From an uncultured delta proteobacterium (GTDB lineage Bacteria; Desulfobacterota; RBG-13-43-22), in NCBI GenBank assembly GCA_963802945.1, contig CAWDKY010000034.1:1-64000 (forward strand): a stretch of 64,000 nucleotides of DNA. The letters are read 5' to 3'. Below the pieces are notes generated by a model that was not told where the DNA came from, did not search any database, and saw only the letters and a list, made by a program, of their open reading frames with translations. The translations under genes were made by a program, and so were the position numbers. Shown piece after piece: positions 31,096 to 40,249 of the stretch (its first letter is position 1; each line of letters begins with the position of its first letter).

Positions 31096-32292
31096 CTAAA
31101 GCTTCTGCAAGGCCTGTCCTACTTTTAGCCCCAACTGGACGGCGGCCTCGATGCTCTGTGGGCCGGGAACAAATTGGATCTTCAGCCCCGGATCGATCAA
31201 TTCAAATTTCATCTCTTCCAGTTCTTTGTTGATCAGCTTGACGGCTTCACCGCTCCAGCCATAAGAGCCGAAGGCGGCGGCAATTTTTTTGTTGGGTTTC
31301 AGTCCCTTCATATAGGTCAGGAAATCCGCAACCGTCGGGAAAAGGCCGTTGTTCAGGGTGGGAGAACCCACAAGGACCGCCCCGGCATCCAGGATTTCGG
31401 TTATGACATCGCTACGATGGCTGGCCCGAAGATGCATGGGTTTGGCCTCAACGCCTGTTTGGGTTAGACCATCTACAATGGCCTCAGCCAGTTTCTGGGT
31501 GCTATGCCACATGGTGTCATAGACTACTACGGCCTTCTTTTTAGGCTTTTGTTGGCTCCATGCCACATACGCCTTAATAATTTTGGATGGTTCCTGCCTC
31601 CAGATGATGCCGTGATCCGGACAAATCGTCTTGATCGCCAGGCCCATCTGGGTTACCTTTTCCACCAGTTGCAGGACCAGAGGAGAATACAAAAGTAAAA
31701 TATTGGCAAAATATTTCCTGGCATGAGGCATGATGGCCTCTCCTACCTGGTCGTCAAACCGTTCCATAGAGGCATAATGCTGGCCAAAGGCGTCACTGGA
31801 AAAAAGGAGTTGGTCCTCTTTCATGTAAGAAAACATGCTGTCCGGCCAGTGGAGCATCCGGGTTTCCAGAAAAGTCAAAGTCTTTTTCCCTAACTTCAAC
31901 ACCCCTCCGTTTTCCACCGGCTGATAATTCCATTTCTCCGGAAAGTGGAGGGAGAGATTTTTCTGCCCCATTTTGGAACAATACAGAGGCTTTTCTTTTC
32001 CAATTTTAGACATAACCCGAGGCAGGCCGCCGGAATGATCCATTTCAGTATGATTGCTGATCATATAATCAATTTTCCGAGGATCGATGATCTGAGCGAT
32101 ATTATCCAGCAATTGATCGGCGAATTCCTTTTTGACCGTATCGATCAAAGTGACTTTATCATCCAGGATCAAATAGGCGTTATAGGTCGAACCTGCAGGA
32201 ATAGCATAGCCATGAAAATCCCTCACATTCCAATCGATCACACCTACCCAATAAATACCCTTGACTACTTCTACTGGTTTCATGATTTTCAC
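31096..32292 (-). CDS. fprA: Flavodiiron protein FprA (rubredoxin:oxygen oxidoreductase-like)
   Basis: NHTEMDH, HWPDSM, SDAFG, PDHG plus flavodoxin domain FGSYGWSGE. Confidence 0.93.
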   Translation of the reverse strand: MKIMKPVEVVKGIYWVGVIDWNVRDFHGYAIPAGSTYNAYLILDDKVTLIDTVKKEFADQLLDNIAQIIDPRKIDYMISNHTEMDHSGGLPRVMSKIGKEKPLYCSKMGQKNLSLHFPEKWNYQPVENGGVLKLGKKTLTFLETRMLHWPDSMFSYMKEDQLLFSSDAFGQHYASMERFDDQVGEAIMPHARKYFANILLLYSPLVLQLVEKVTQMGLAIKTICPDHGIIWRQEPSKIIKAYVAWSQQKPKKKAVVVYDTMWHSTQKLAEAIVDGLTQTGVEAKPMHLRASHRSDVITEILDAGAVLVGSPTLNNGLFPTVADFLTYMKGLKPNKKIAAAFGSYGWSGEAVKLINKELEEMKFELIDPGLKIQFVPGPQSIEAAVQLGLKVGQALQKL

Positions 32293-32336
32293 CTCTTCCT
32301 AAAAAATATAAAAAATCTTCTTCATTCTTTTTTTTC

Positions 32337-32501
32337 TAGTGTAGTGTTTCAATATTCCCTTTATAATGTCCCTTGTGCCGTCATTCCTGTCCCGCATCAA
32401 GTGCGGGATAAACTCCAACAGGAATCCAGGTTGAAAATACTGGATGCCGGATCAAGTCCGGAATGACAACCTTGTAAAGCAAATACTGGTACAGTACACT
32501 A
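32337..32501. mobile_element. MITE/REP composite
   Basis: Terminal IR TAGTGTAGTGTTTCAATATT / AATACTGGTACAGTACACTA around a GTCATTCC..GGAATCCAG..CTGGAT..GGAATGAC palindrome. Confidence 0.7.
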
Positions 32502-32557
32502 AATCCTCCGAACTCTTAGCTCCTACCTATCAACTTGAATTTCAAGTTCCTCAAATC

Positions 32558-33676
32558 TTATGTCACAACTAAAGAAGCCTTCGTTATCTCTTGCCCTTCC
32601 CAAAGAGGCAGGGAAATTTTAACCAGGGTCCCTTTCCCTTCTTCACTATCCAACTCCAGAGTCCCTCCAGGATGTTCATCGATAATTTTTTTTGAAACAC
32701 TGAGGCCCAGACCAGTGCCTCGCCGTTTGGTAGTAAAAAAAGGAGTAAACAACTTGTCCCGATCTTTTGTTGGTATCCCGGGGCCATTGTCAATAATGGA
32801 AATTTCCACCTGGTTACCCTGGAGTTTGGCCTGAATAGTCAAATTACCACCTTTTTCCATGGCTTCCATGGCGTTTTTGACCAAATTCAAAAAAACCTGT
32901 TTTAATTTACCCGGATCACCCTTAACCCAAAGGGGATTTTGGGGTGTCTTCAACCCCAGAGTGATCTTGGCCTTTTTGCAATCCTCTTTGGAAAGGGAAT
33001 AAATCTCCTTCATCAAGGTATTGATATCCACTTGCTCGAAAACTAATTTTTGAGGACGGTACACATCCTTGAGTTCCAGAATCAGTTTTTCCAACCGCTG
33101 GACCTCGTCGGCGATAATTTTCAACTTGGTCTGACTTTTCTCATCCTGGATGGTCCTGGAAAGCTGCCTGGCGAATCCTCCGATCATGATCAATGGATTT
33201 TTGATCTCATGGGTGATTTCGGCCACCAGTTGTCCCAGTGCGGCCAGGCGTTCGGATTGGGCCATCTTTTCCTGGAGGGCCTTGGTTTCCGTCAGATCTC
33301 TGATGATGCCGGTAAAATAAATTTTGCCCTCGATTTCCGAAAGGGAAAAGGAAATGGAGAGAGGAAACTTTTCCCCATTCTTCCGGGTAGTCAAAAATTC
33401 GGTTTGATGACCGATGAGTTTTGATTCACGGGTATTTAAAAACCGGGAAACCGCCTGTTTATGGCCTTTCTCACACTCCGGAGAGAGAATCAATCCCAGA
33501 TCTTTTCCGATGACCTCTTCTCGGGAATAACCAAAGATCTTTTCAGCGGCCTTATTGAAAATAATCACCCGATGATGTTCATCGATGGTGACAAATCCCT
33601 CGTTGGTGTTTTCTGTTGTCCCCTGAAGGATGATGGTTTCCCGATCGGAAGGGGGAAGGCCGCCTTTTTTCCGCAT
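32558..33676 (-). CDS. PAS-domain sensor histidine kinase (FixL-like PAS)
   Basis: FNKAAEKIFGY PAS; H-box THEIKNPL; NAMEAM, DNGPGI, GTGLGL. Confidence 0.92.
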   Translation of the reverse strand: MRKKGGLPPSDRETIILQGTTENTNEGFVTIDEHHRVIIFNKAAEKIFGYSREEVIGKDLGLILSPECEKGHKQAVSRFLNTRESKLIGHQTEFLTTRKNGEKFPLSISFSLSEIEGKIYFTGIIRDLTETKALQEKMAQSERLAALGQLVAEITHEIKNPLIMIGGFARQLSRTIQDEKSQTKLKIIADEVQRLEKLILELKDVYRPQKLVFEQVDINTLMKEIYSLSKEDCKKAKITLGLKTPQNPLWVKGDPGKLKQVFLNLVKNAMEAMEKGGNLTIQAKLQGNQVEISIIDNGPGIPTKDRDKLFTPFFTTKRRGTGLGLSVSKKIIDEHPGGTLELDSEEGKGTLVKISLPLWEGQEITKASLVVT

Positions 33677-33709
33677 AGAGATTCCGTTCGTTATTTTGAA
33701 ACGCGCCGG

Positions 33710-33868
33710 CTATTCTTGCTCAAACTTGTCCTTGGTGGCCCCGCAAACCGGGCAGGTCCAATCCTCCGGAAGGTCTTCAAATGGGGTTCCCGGTTTTACT
33801 CCATTATCCGGATCACCGTTAGCCGGGTCATAAACATATCCACAGATCGAGCAAACATACTTTTCCAT
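33710..33868 (-). CDS. Rubredoxin (52 aa, missing from the ORF track)
   Basis: [22 protein letters not shown] read from the reverse strand. Confidence 0.95.
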   Translation of the reverse strand: MEKYVCSICGYVYDPANGDPDNGVKPGTPFEDLPEDWTCPVCGATKDKFEQE

Positions 33869-33894
33869 TTCTTGATTTTCCTCTCTGCTTTTGT

Positions 33895-34095
33895 TTAAGC
33901 CGTTACCGCATAACCGGCTTTTTTTACCTTATCTTTAATCAGGCTCAGGTCAACCGGTTTTGTTTCCTTAAAGGCGGCTTCGCCTTTTTCAAGATTAACG
34001 GCCACATCCTGAAGCCCGTCGATTTCTTTTAAGGCTTTGGTTACGGCCATGACGCAATGCTGACAGGACATCCCTTTTATCTTTACGGTGGTCAT
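33895..34095 (-). CDS. copZ: Heavy-metal-associated copper chaperone CopZ-like
   Basis: GMSCQHC motif, KAGY, 66 aa with RBS. Confidence 0.85.
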   Translation of the reverse strand: MTTVKIKGMSCQHCVMAVTKALKEIDGLQDVAVNLEKGEAAFKETKPVDLSLIKDKVKKAGYAVTA

Positions 34096-34298
34096 CGTAA
34101 TACTCCTTTCTACGAAAGTGGTCCAAGGTAAAAGGGAAGGAATCGGCATTGGGAATTACCTTGCACCTTATTATCTTATGCTGCCAATTAGGAAAGGCGA
34201 TTTTTAATAAAACTAATCACTATGAAATAAATTGTAAAGTGACGGCCAGCCGTTCTCTTAATTTTCTAAAAAAATGTAAGGGTTGGATTTCCAAAACA

Positions 34299-34631
34299 TC
34301 AATAGGGAAGCCTGGCCTGAGGCCGCCGTTCCGGAACATAAGGATGAGGCCCTTCGGTCTCGTTCCATGCTTTGGAGACATAGAGGTTACAAAAGCAACT
34401 TCCAAATTCTTTCACATCCTGGGTCCTGTAAGCACAGGGGCAGATAATGTCCTGGTCGAGCTTTCGGTCTCCGGTAGCTAGCCGGCAAGGACAGCACATA
34501 TAGCCATAACGATCTTTATTCAGTAAAAGCGCCTGGAGCAGGTCATTCACCCTTTCCCTGTCTTTATTAAAAAAATAGCCTTTGGGCTCCTGGGCCTTTT
34601 TTAACAGGTCATAGAGGTCTTTCTCGTTCAT
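34299..34631 (-). CDS. Ferredoxin:thioredoxin reductase catalytic subunit-like protein
   Basis: CPCR..ICPC..CFC motifs; overlaps the grx stop. Confidence 0.9.
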   Translation of the reverse strand: MNEKDLYDLLKKAQEPKGYFFNKDRERVNDLLQALLLNKDRYGYMCCPCRLATGDRKLDQDIICPCAYRTQDVKEFGSCFCNLYVSKAWNETEGPHPYVPERRPQARLPY

Positions 34632-34876
34632 AGGCCCAGGGCCTCCCTGATCTCTTTTTCTTTAAAGCCGACGATACACTTGCCACCAATGAGGATAGTC
34701 GGAAAGGAGCAGTCGGGATTATATTTTTTTACCTCTTCTATCATATCTGTCCGCTCCTGCCCTTGAAGCAGATCGACATCGATATAGTCATAGGCGACGC
34801 CCATGTTGTTCAGGAATTGTTTGGTGTTTTTGCAATGACTGCAGGTGCTCAAAGTGTATAGTTTGACCAGCGGCAT
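34628..34876 (-). CDS. Glutaredoxin/NrdH-like redoxin
   Basis: CSHC, SFPT, IVGF. Confidence 0.9.
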   Translation of the reverse strand: MPLVKLYTLSTCSHCKNTKQFLNNMGVAYDYIDVDLLQGQERTDMIEEVKKYNPDCSFPTILIGGKCIVGFKEKEIREALGL

Positions 34877-35000
34877 AAATCCTCCTTTTATAGTTCTTAC
34901 AGAATGAAATAATTATAGCAAGATCCAGAATATAAATGCAAATTCTTTCTTAGAAGTCATGATTTTAATATCTTAACAAATATGATAAAATGAAAAAACA

Positions 35001-36695
35001 ATGGATCTATTGACGATGAATAATGTCTATTATCTAAATCTGGGTCTAGTCCCCTACGAACAGGCCTGGGACATGCAAAGACAACTGGTCGCCCTAAAAA
35101 AGGAAAGGGAAGTTTCGGATTTTTTTATTCTTTTAGAACATCCTCCGGTATACACCCTGGGCAAATGGGGGAAAAAAGAGAATCTGCGCGTGTCCCCGGA
35201 TTTTTTGGAGCAGGAGGGGATCTCCTTGATACGTTGTGAGCGGGGAGGAGATATTACTTACCATGGGCCTGGACAATTGGTCGGCTATCCTCTCCTCAAT
35301 TTGAAAAAATATAGACTGGGGGTAAAGAACTATGTAAATTTTCTTGAGGAGGTTCTGGTTAGAACCCTGTCGGATTGGGAGGTTGTGGCTTCCCGGAGGA
35401 AGGGTTTGCCCGGGATATGGGTGGGCGAAAAAAAAATAGCTTCTATCGGAATTGCCGTCCAAAAGGGGATTGCCTTCCATGGTTTTGCCCTAAATTATGC
35501 CCATAAAAGGGATCATTTCGAACGGATTAATCCTTGCGGCCTGGAGGGTGTGAAGATGACTTCCCTTCTGGAAATAAAAAGGCTGCCTATAGACTCAGAG
35601 CAGGTTAGAGAGCGAGTGGTTTTCCATTTTGAAAAAATTTTTGATATTCAATTGAAATGGATAACCATGGAAGAAGTGAGAAGGATACGGGATACGGGAT
35701 ACTGGATACTGGATAAAAAGGCAGAATCCCAACCCCCAAATCCGATGGCTAAAATCCAGCAGTCCACCGTCCGCTATCCGCCATCCGCCATTGAGCGTTT
35801 ACAAACTTCGAAGGGCGAACAGCAAATACTTCCTAAACCACAATGGCTTAAGAAAAAAATTTCTTCAAGTGCCCACAGGGTCCAAGTTGAAAGCCTTATC
35901 CGGAAAGGCGATCTGCATACTGTCTGCCAAGAGGCCTGTTGTCCTAATCAAGCGGAATGTTTCAATCAAGGAACTGCCACTTTTTTACTGATGGGAAGTT
36001 GTTGTACTCGAAACTGCCATTTTTGTGCCGTTACCAAGGGCAGCCCGGAGCCTTTGAATCCAGAGGAACCCTTTCGGGTTGCTCAGGCTATCAAAGCCAT
36101 GGGTATTTCTTATGCCGTATTGACCTCAGTAACCCGCGATGATCTGCCCGATAGAGGATCCGGGCATTTTGTCAGGACGGTCAGGGCCATTCGTGACCAT
36201 TCCCCGGAAACGAAAATAGAATGTCTTATACCGGACTTTAAAGGCTCTGAATCAGCCTTGATCCAGGTGGCGGAAGCTGCTCCCTGTGTAATGAATCACA
36301 ATATTGAAACCATAAATCGGCTCTATCCATCGGTACGTCCCGGTGCGGGTTTTAGCCGTTCGCTGACTATTTTTGAATTTTTAAATAAAAATTATCCAAG
36401 AGTATTGACCAAATCTGGATTTATGGTAGGATTAGGGGAATCGAAACTTGAAGTCAGGGCCTTGCTTCTCAATCTTTTAGAGCATGGGTGTAGGATGGTT
36501 ACCATCGGCCAGTACCTCCAGCCTTCGTCTGCTCATTATCCGGTGAAGCGCTATGTTACGCCGGAGGAATTTAAACAATGGGAGGAAGAGGCCTTAACCA
36601 TGGGATTTGCAGCCGTGGCCGCGGGCCCGTTTGTTCGCAGTTCTTTTAATGCTCAAGGGTTGTATCAGCAGGCATTATTACAATTGACACCATAA
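35001..36695 (+). CDS. lipB-lipA: Fused octanoyltransferase LipB - lipoyl synthase LipA
   Basis: LEHPPVYT, RGGDITYHGPGQ, KIASIG, NPCG; then CQEACCPNQAEC, CTRNCHFC, RSSF in one ORF. Confidence 0.92.
   Translation: MDLLTMNNVYYLNLGLVPYEQAWDMQRQLVALKKEREVSDFFILLEHPPVYTLGKWGKKENLRVSPDFLEQEGISLIRCERGGDITYHGPGQLVGYPLLNLKKYRLGVKNYVNFLEEVLVRTLSDWEVVASRRKGLPGIWVGEKKIASIGIAVQKGIAFHGFALNYAHKRDHFERINPCGLEGVKMTSLLEIKRLPIDSEQVRERVVFHFEKIFDIQLKWITMEEVRRIRDTGYWILDKKAESQPPNPMAKIQQSTVRYPPSAIERLQTSKGEQQILPKPQWLKKKISSSAHRVQVESLIRKGDLHTVCQEACCPNQAECFNQGTATFLLMGSCCTRNCHFCAVTKGSPEPLNPEEPFRVAQAIKAMGISYAVLTSVTRDDLPDRGSGHFVRTVRAIRDHSPETKIECLIPDFKGSESALIQVAEAAPCVMNHNIETINRLYPSVRPGAGFSRSLTIFEFLNKNYPRVLTKSGFMVGLGESKLEVRALLLNLLEHGCRMVTIGQYLQPSSAHYPVKRYVTPEEFKQWEEEALTMGFAAVAAGPFVRSSFNAQGLYQQALLQLTP
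35683..35791. repeat. Paired heptamer tandem repeats inside the lipB-lipA linker
   Basis: (GGATACK)x4 at 35683-35710; complementary TCC-led heptamers at 35754-35791. Confidence 0.75.
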
Positions 36696-36717
36696 TATTC
36701 ATTCGAGGTGATATTTC

Positions 36718-37092
36718 ATGACCAAAGCAAAATTCCATCCGGAACATGCCTGGGTATCGGTAAACGGCCACCACGGGACCATCGGTATTTCGGACTATGC
36801 CCAACAACAATTGGGAGAAATCATCTATGTGGACCTGCCGGAAATCGATACCGAAATCCAGGCGGGTGAACCTTTATGCGCCTTGGAATCCAGCAAAGTG
36901 GCCAGCGATGTTATTGCCCCGGTGAGCGGGACGGTCATAGAAACCAACGGGTCTTTGGATGAAGAACCCCAACGGATCAATGCTTCCCCCTATGAAGAGG
37001 GCTGGCTGGTTAAGGTCATATTAAAGAACCCTTCGGAACTGGATGAATTAATGGACAAGGCTGCTTATATGGAGTATATTACCTCCAAATGA
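36718..37092 (+). CDS. gcvH: Glycine cleavage H protein (lipoyl carrier)
   Basis: HAWV, IGISDYAQ, ESSK (lipoyl-Lys), PVSG, SPYEEGW. Confidence 0.93.
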   Translation: MTKAKFHPEHAWVSVNGHHGTIGISDYAQQQLGEIIYVDLPEIDTEIQAGEPLCALESSKVASDVIAPVSGTVIETNGSLDEEPQRINASPYEEGWLVKVILKNPSELDELMDKAAYMEYITSK

Positions 37093-37228
37093 GCACTATT
37101 TTTTAAAACAAAACCTTTTGCCTCTTTAGGGCGCCACGAAACATGAAAATAATTTTAGAATTCAAGGGGGTTAACTTCCACGCTTTTCCAGTGACCCCTT
37201 GAATCCTATTTTTAAGAGAGGAAAAAGT

Positions 37229-37720
37229 ATGGCTCCACAAAAAAGAAAAGACAAGCCCTTGGTTTTGCTGAAAAGCCTTGGTCTGGTTATTCTCTGTTTG
37301 TCTTTTGGGGGTATTCTCTCTTGTGATTGGGGTTCCGGTACCCACAGCACCACCAGCTCCGGCTCAGGAACGGGCACGGGTTGGACGATTACGATTCAAG
37401 TTGGCACAAACCCGCTTCCCTTTACGGGTAGCCCTGGCCAAGGTACCAGTACCACTACGGTTATGGCGCTCGTCAAGGATAAGACAGGGGCGCCCGCCCC
37501 GAAAGGCACTAATATCTGTTTCACGGCAATCCTAAATGGTTTCTTGACAGCAGGTGCTACAACAGGTTCTACAACATTAATTAAAAGTTTATGTGAAACC
37601 ACCACCAACGACCTTGGACAATCTATCCAAACCTATGGTGCTCAACTGACAACAGGGAATGATACCGTGGAAGTTTCTTCCCAAGGTGTAATTGCAAAAG
37701 TTACGATCAATGTAATTTAA
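37229..37720 (+). CDS. Lipoprotein with Ig-like (Big_1/invasin-type) domain
   Basis: Lipobox ILSC, Ser/Gly/Thr linker, VMALVKDKTGAPAPKGT beta-rich domain. Confidence 0.65.
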   Translation: MAPQKRKDKPLVLLKSLGLVILCLSFGGILSCDWGSGTHSTTSSGSGTGTGWTITIQVGTNPLPFTGSPGQGTSTTTVMALVKDKTGAPAPKGTNICFTAILNGFLTAGATTGSTTLIKSLCETTTNDLGQSIQTYGAQLTTGNDTVEVSSQGVIAKVTINVI

Positions 37721-37749
37721 ACAACTGGTGGTGCGTGCCTTAAGCACGC

Positions 37750-39540
37750 CTATGAGGTAACATGTCTGGCTAAAGCTTTGTCGAAGGTGATTAAAAACTG
37801 ACTTGCCTTTTGCATTCCGATAACCCGGGTTCCCGGGATCTCCTGTCCCTTTTGATCAAAAAATAAAACCGCCGGCGGACCGAAAAGTCCGAACCTTTTT
37901 AAAAGGGCATTAGTTTCCTCATTGGTCGAGGTCACATCAGCCTTCAGGAGCTTCACCCCCTTAAGCTTTTCTTTGACCCGGGAGTCTCTAAAGGTCAAAA
38001 TCTCCATCTCTTTACAGGATACACACCAATCGGCATAAACGTAGAGCATCACCGGTTGGCCATGGGCATCTTTCAAATATGAGTCAACCAGATTAAGGCT
38101 GGTCAGGCGCTGAAAAGCAAGGGATGAGGTCAAGGGGGGAGAGATAACGGGATAAATGATCCAAAAGGCGACGGCCAAAAGAAGTATCCCGAAAAATACT
38201 TTGACCCATTTCATCCAGGCCCCGGCTTTCGGTATTAAGATCCCGGCTGAGGTACCAATAATCAATAAAGGGACGCCCATGCCCAAGGACAGGGCAAACA
38301 AGGCCAAACCACCCAGCCAGACGTCGTTTGTCCGGCTGATGTAAAGTAAGGCCCCGGCCAGAGGAGCGGTGACACAAGGGCTAACAATAATGGCCGAAAG
38401 TAGCCCCATGAAAAAGACTCCCACGAAGGTACCGGCTTTGAACCTGTTTCCGACGACGGTCAATTTTGTCTGGATGGAAACGGGGATCTGCAATTCATAA
38501 AGCCCAAACATGGAAAGGGCCAGGGCCACAAAGATCAGGGCAAAGGCAATCAGCACCCAAATATTTTGCAGCGCATGGGAAAATAACCAGCCTGAGTATC
38601 CGGCCGCCACACCGGCTGCTGTATAGGTCAAGGCCATGCCCAGCACATAGGTCAATGAAAGGGCAAAGGCTCGTTTTTTTCTCATATCCTTCCCTTGGGC
38701 AATAATGATACCCGAAATAATGGGGATCATGGGTAAAACGCAGGGCGTAAAAGAAAGCAGCAGACCAAATCCAAAGAAGCTTAAAATGATCCAGAAATAG
38801 TTATTGCTTTTCAAAAGCCCGAAGATCACACCCTCACTCTCCCCAATCGAGAGGCTGTTTTGTAATTCGTCATCCCGGCCAAGTCCGCTTGGCGGACGCG
38901 AGCCGGGATCCAGAGGCTTTTTTATTTCATTAATATTTCCTGGATTCCGGATCTCGTCCACCTTCGGTGGACTCCTCCGGAATGCCGGTTTGGCAAATTG
39001 TGACAAAGTCTCCGGGGAGGAAGGGATTGAAGAGAGGAAGAAGGGATTCAAATAGACTTTTTGGGTCTTGGGCGGATAACATAAGCCGGCGTCGGAACAA
39101 CCTTGATAGGTGATACTAAGGATTATTTGTTCGGTTCTTGGACTCAAAGAGGTTATTGGTATTATAATAACTACTTCCTTGCGGAAGATTTCCTCTCGGC
39201 CGAAGTATTTATCTTCTTTAATCTGGCCGAGTGGAAATTGAGGAGGGCCCAGTTTTACCAGTCTTGGTTCAACGGTAAATTTGAACTTATCTCGATACAG
39301 GTAATACCCTCGGGCAATCTGAAAGCGGATTTCAATCTGGTCGGCCTTGGGCAGGCGGGCTTGAAATGAAAAGGCCTGTTCGGGTTTGAGGGGCTGACCA
39401 TATATAGTCTGAAACGGAGAAAGGATTACCAGGAAAATTAGAAAAACATAAAGCAGAGTAGTACGACAAGAAAGTTTTTCATTGAGCTTTGAACTTTGAG
39501 CCCTTAACCTTGAGCCCAGAGCTTTACACCTTGAATCCAT
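37750..39540 (-). CDS. dsbD: Thiol:disulfide interchange protein DsbD (start uncertain)
   Basis: QGCSDAGLCYPP (alpha), FTPCVLPM and SPCVTAPL (beta), WCVSC (gamma). Confidence 0.92.
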   Translation of the reverse strand: MDSRCKALGSRLRAQSSKLNEKLSCRTTLLYVFLIFLVILSPFQTIYGQPLKPEQAFSFQARLPKADQIEIRFQIARGYYLYRDKFKFTVEPRLVKLGPPQFPLGQIKEDKYFGREEIFRKEVVIIIPITSLSPRTEQIILSITYQGCSDAGLCYPPKTQKVYLNPFFLSSIPSSPETLSQFAKPAFRRSPPKVDEIRNPGNINEIKKPLDPGSRPPSGLGRDDELQNSLSIGESEGVIFGLLKSNNYFWIILSFFGFGLLLSFTPCVLPMIPIISGIIIAQGKDMRKKRAFALSLTYVLGMALTYTAAGVAAGYSGWLFSHALQNIWVLIAFALIFVALALSMFGLYELQIPVSIQTKLTVVGNRFKAGTFVGVFFMGLLSAIIVSPCVTAPLAGALLYISRTNDVWLGGLALFALSLGMGVPLLIIGTSAGILIPKAGAWMKWVKVFFGILLLAVAFWIIYPVISPPLTSSLAFQRLTSLNLVDSYLKDAHGQPVMLYVYADWCVSCKEMEILTFRDSRVKEKLKGVKLLKADVTSTNEETNALLKRFGLFGPPAVLFFDQKGQEIPGTRVIGMQKASQFLITFDKALARHVTS

Positions 39541-39545
39541 TCCCC

Positions 39546-39968
39546 TTATGGATGAACGTAAATACTGACGTAGGCCCAAGCACCCTGATAAGAAGCGGTG
39601 ACCTGATCCACTCCGGTGGTGGTGGTGCTGGCTGCCGGGGCGGTGTAGGTGGCTGTACAATTCCCGAGGTTTATTGTTGGACTGGCTACTGTAATTGTTG
39701 CCCCCAACGAGGAGGTAAAAGAAACCCCCTTGGTGGAATCATTGACGGGATTTCCCTGGGCATCTTTCACTGAGGCGATCAGGGTGGTTGACCCTCCTGG
39801 GGGGAGAAGGCTGTTGGTGGTACAGAGATTAATCGAATAGCCCCCACCACTTCCCCAGCCGCTGCAGGAGCTAGAGTTACCTCCACCTACTGAGGAGGTG
39901 TTGGAACATCCGGCGATCCCCAAAACAAACAGCATCAGACAACAAAGAAATATTTTAGTATAAGTCAT
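39546..39968 (-). CDS. Lipoprotein with Ig-like (Big_1-type) domain
   Basis: Lipobox IAGC; TLIASVKDAQGNPV, VSFTSSLG, ATYTAP. Confidence 0.7.
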   Translation of the reverse strand: MTYTKIFLCCLMLFVLGIAGCSNTSSVGGGNSSSCSGWGSGGGYSINLCTTNSLLPPGGSTTLIASVKDAQGNPVNDSTKGVSFTSSLGATITVASPTINLGNCTATYTAPAASTTTTGVDQVTASYQGAWAYVSIYVHP

Positions 39969-40015
39969 TCTCTGTTCCTTTATAAAATAAGATATGTAGC
40001 CTTTAGTTTTTTATA

Positions 40016-40044
40016 ATATTATCTCTTATTAAACTTTTTGTCAA
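40016..40044 (-). promoter_or_regulatory. Sigma70-type promoter for the lipoprotein-dsbD unit
   Basis: TTGACA-17 bp-TAATAT on the minus strand. Confidence 0.55.
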
Positions 40045-40249
40045 GTTAATTTAGAGAGATAAGATAAAAAAATTTGTCTTTCCCTGTCTATCAAAACCCA
40101 TGGTTCTCGATTCGATGTGAAATATCAATGCCTATCTTATTATTGGAAATATTCCATTATCCTTCTTTTAAACTTGACTCCTTCCCTTAAAAAATACTAT
40201 AAATAATCAAAGTTAACTTATCTAATCTACTTGAAAATAATTATTTTTT

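Noticed and set aside
35683-35715. CRISPR array (here or at other short repeats)
   Set aside because: Units are 7 nt with no spacers, and no cas genes are present in the window
39541-39660. His-rich N-terminal extension of DsbD from the ORF track
   Set aside because: It overlaps the upstream lipoprotein gene in another frame; an over-extended start call
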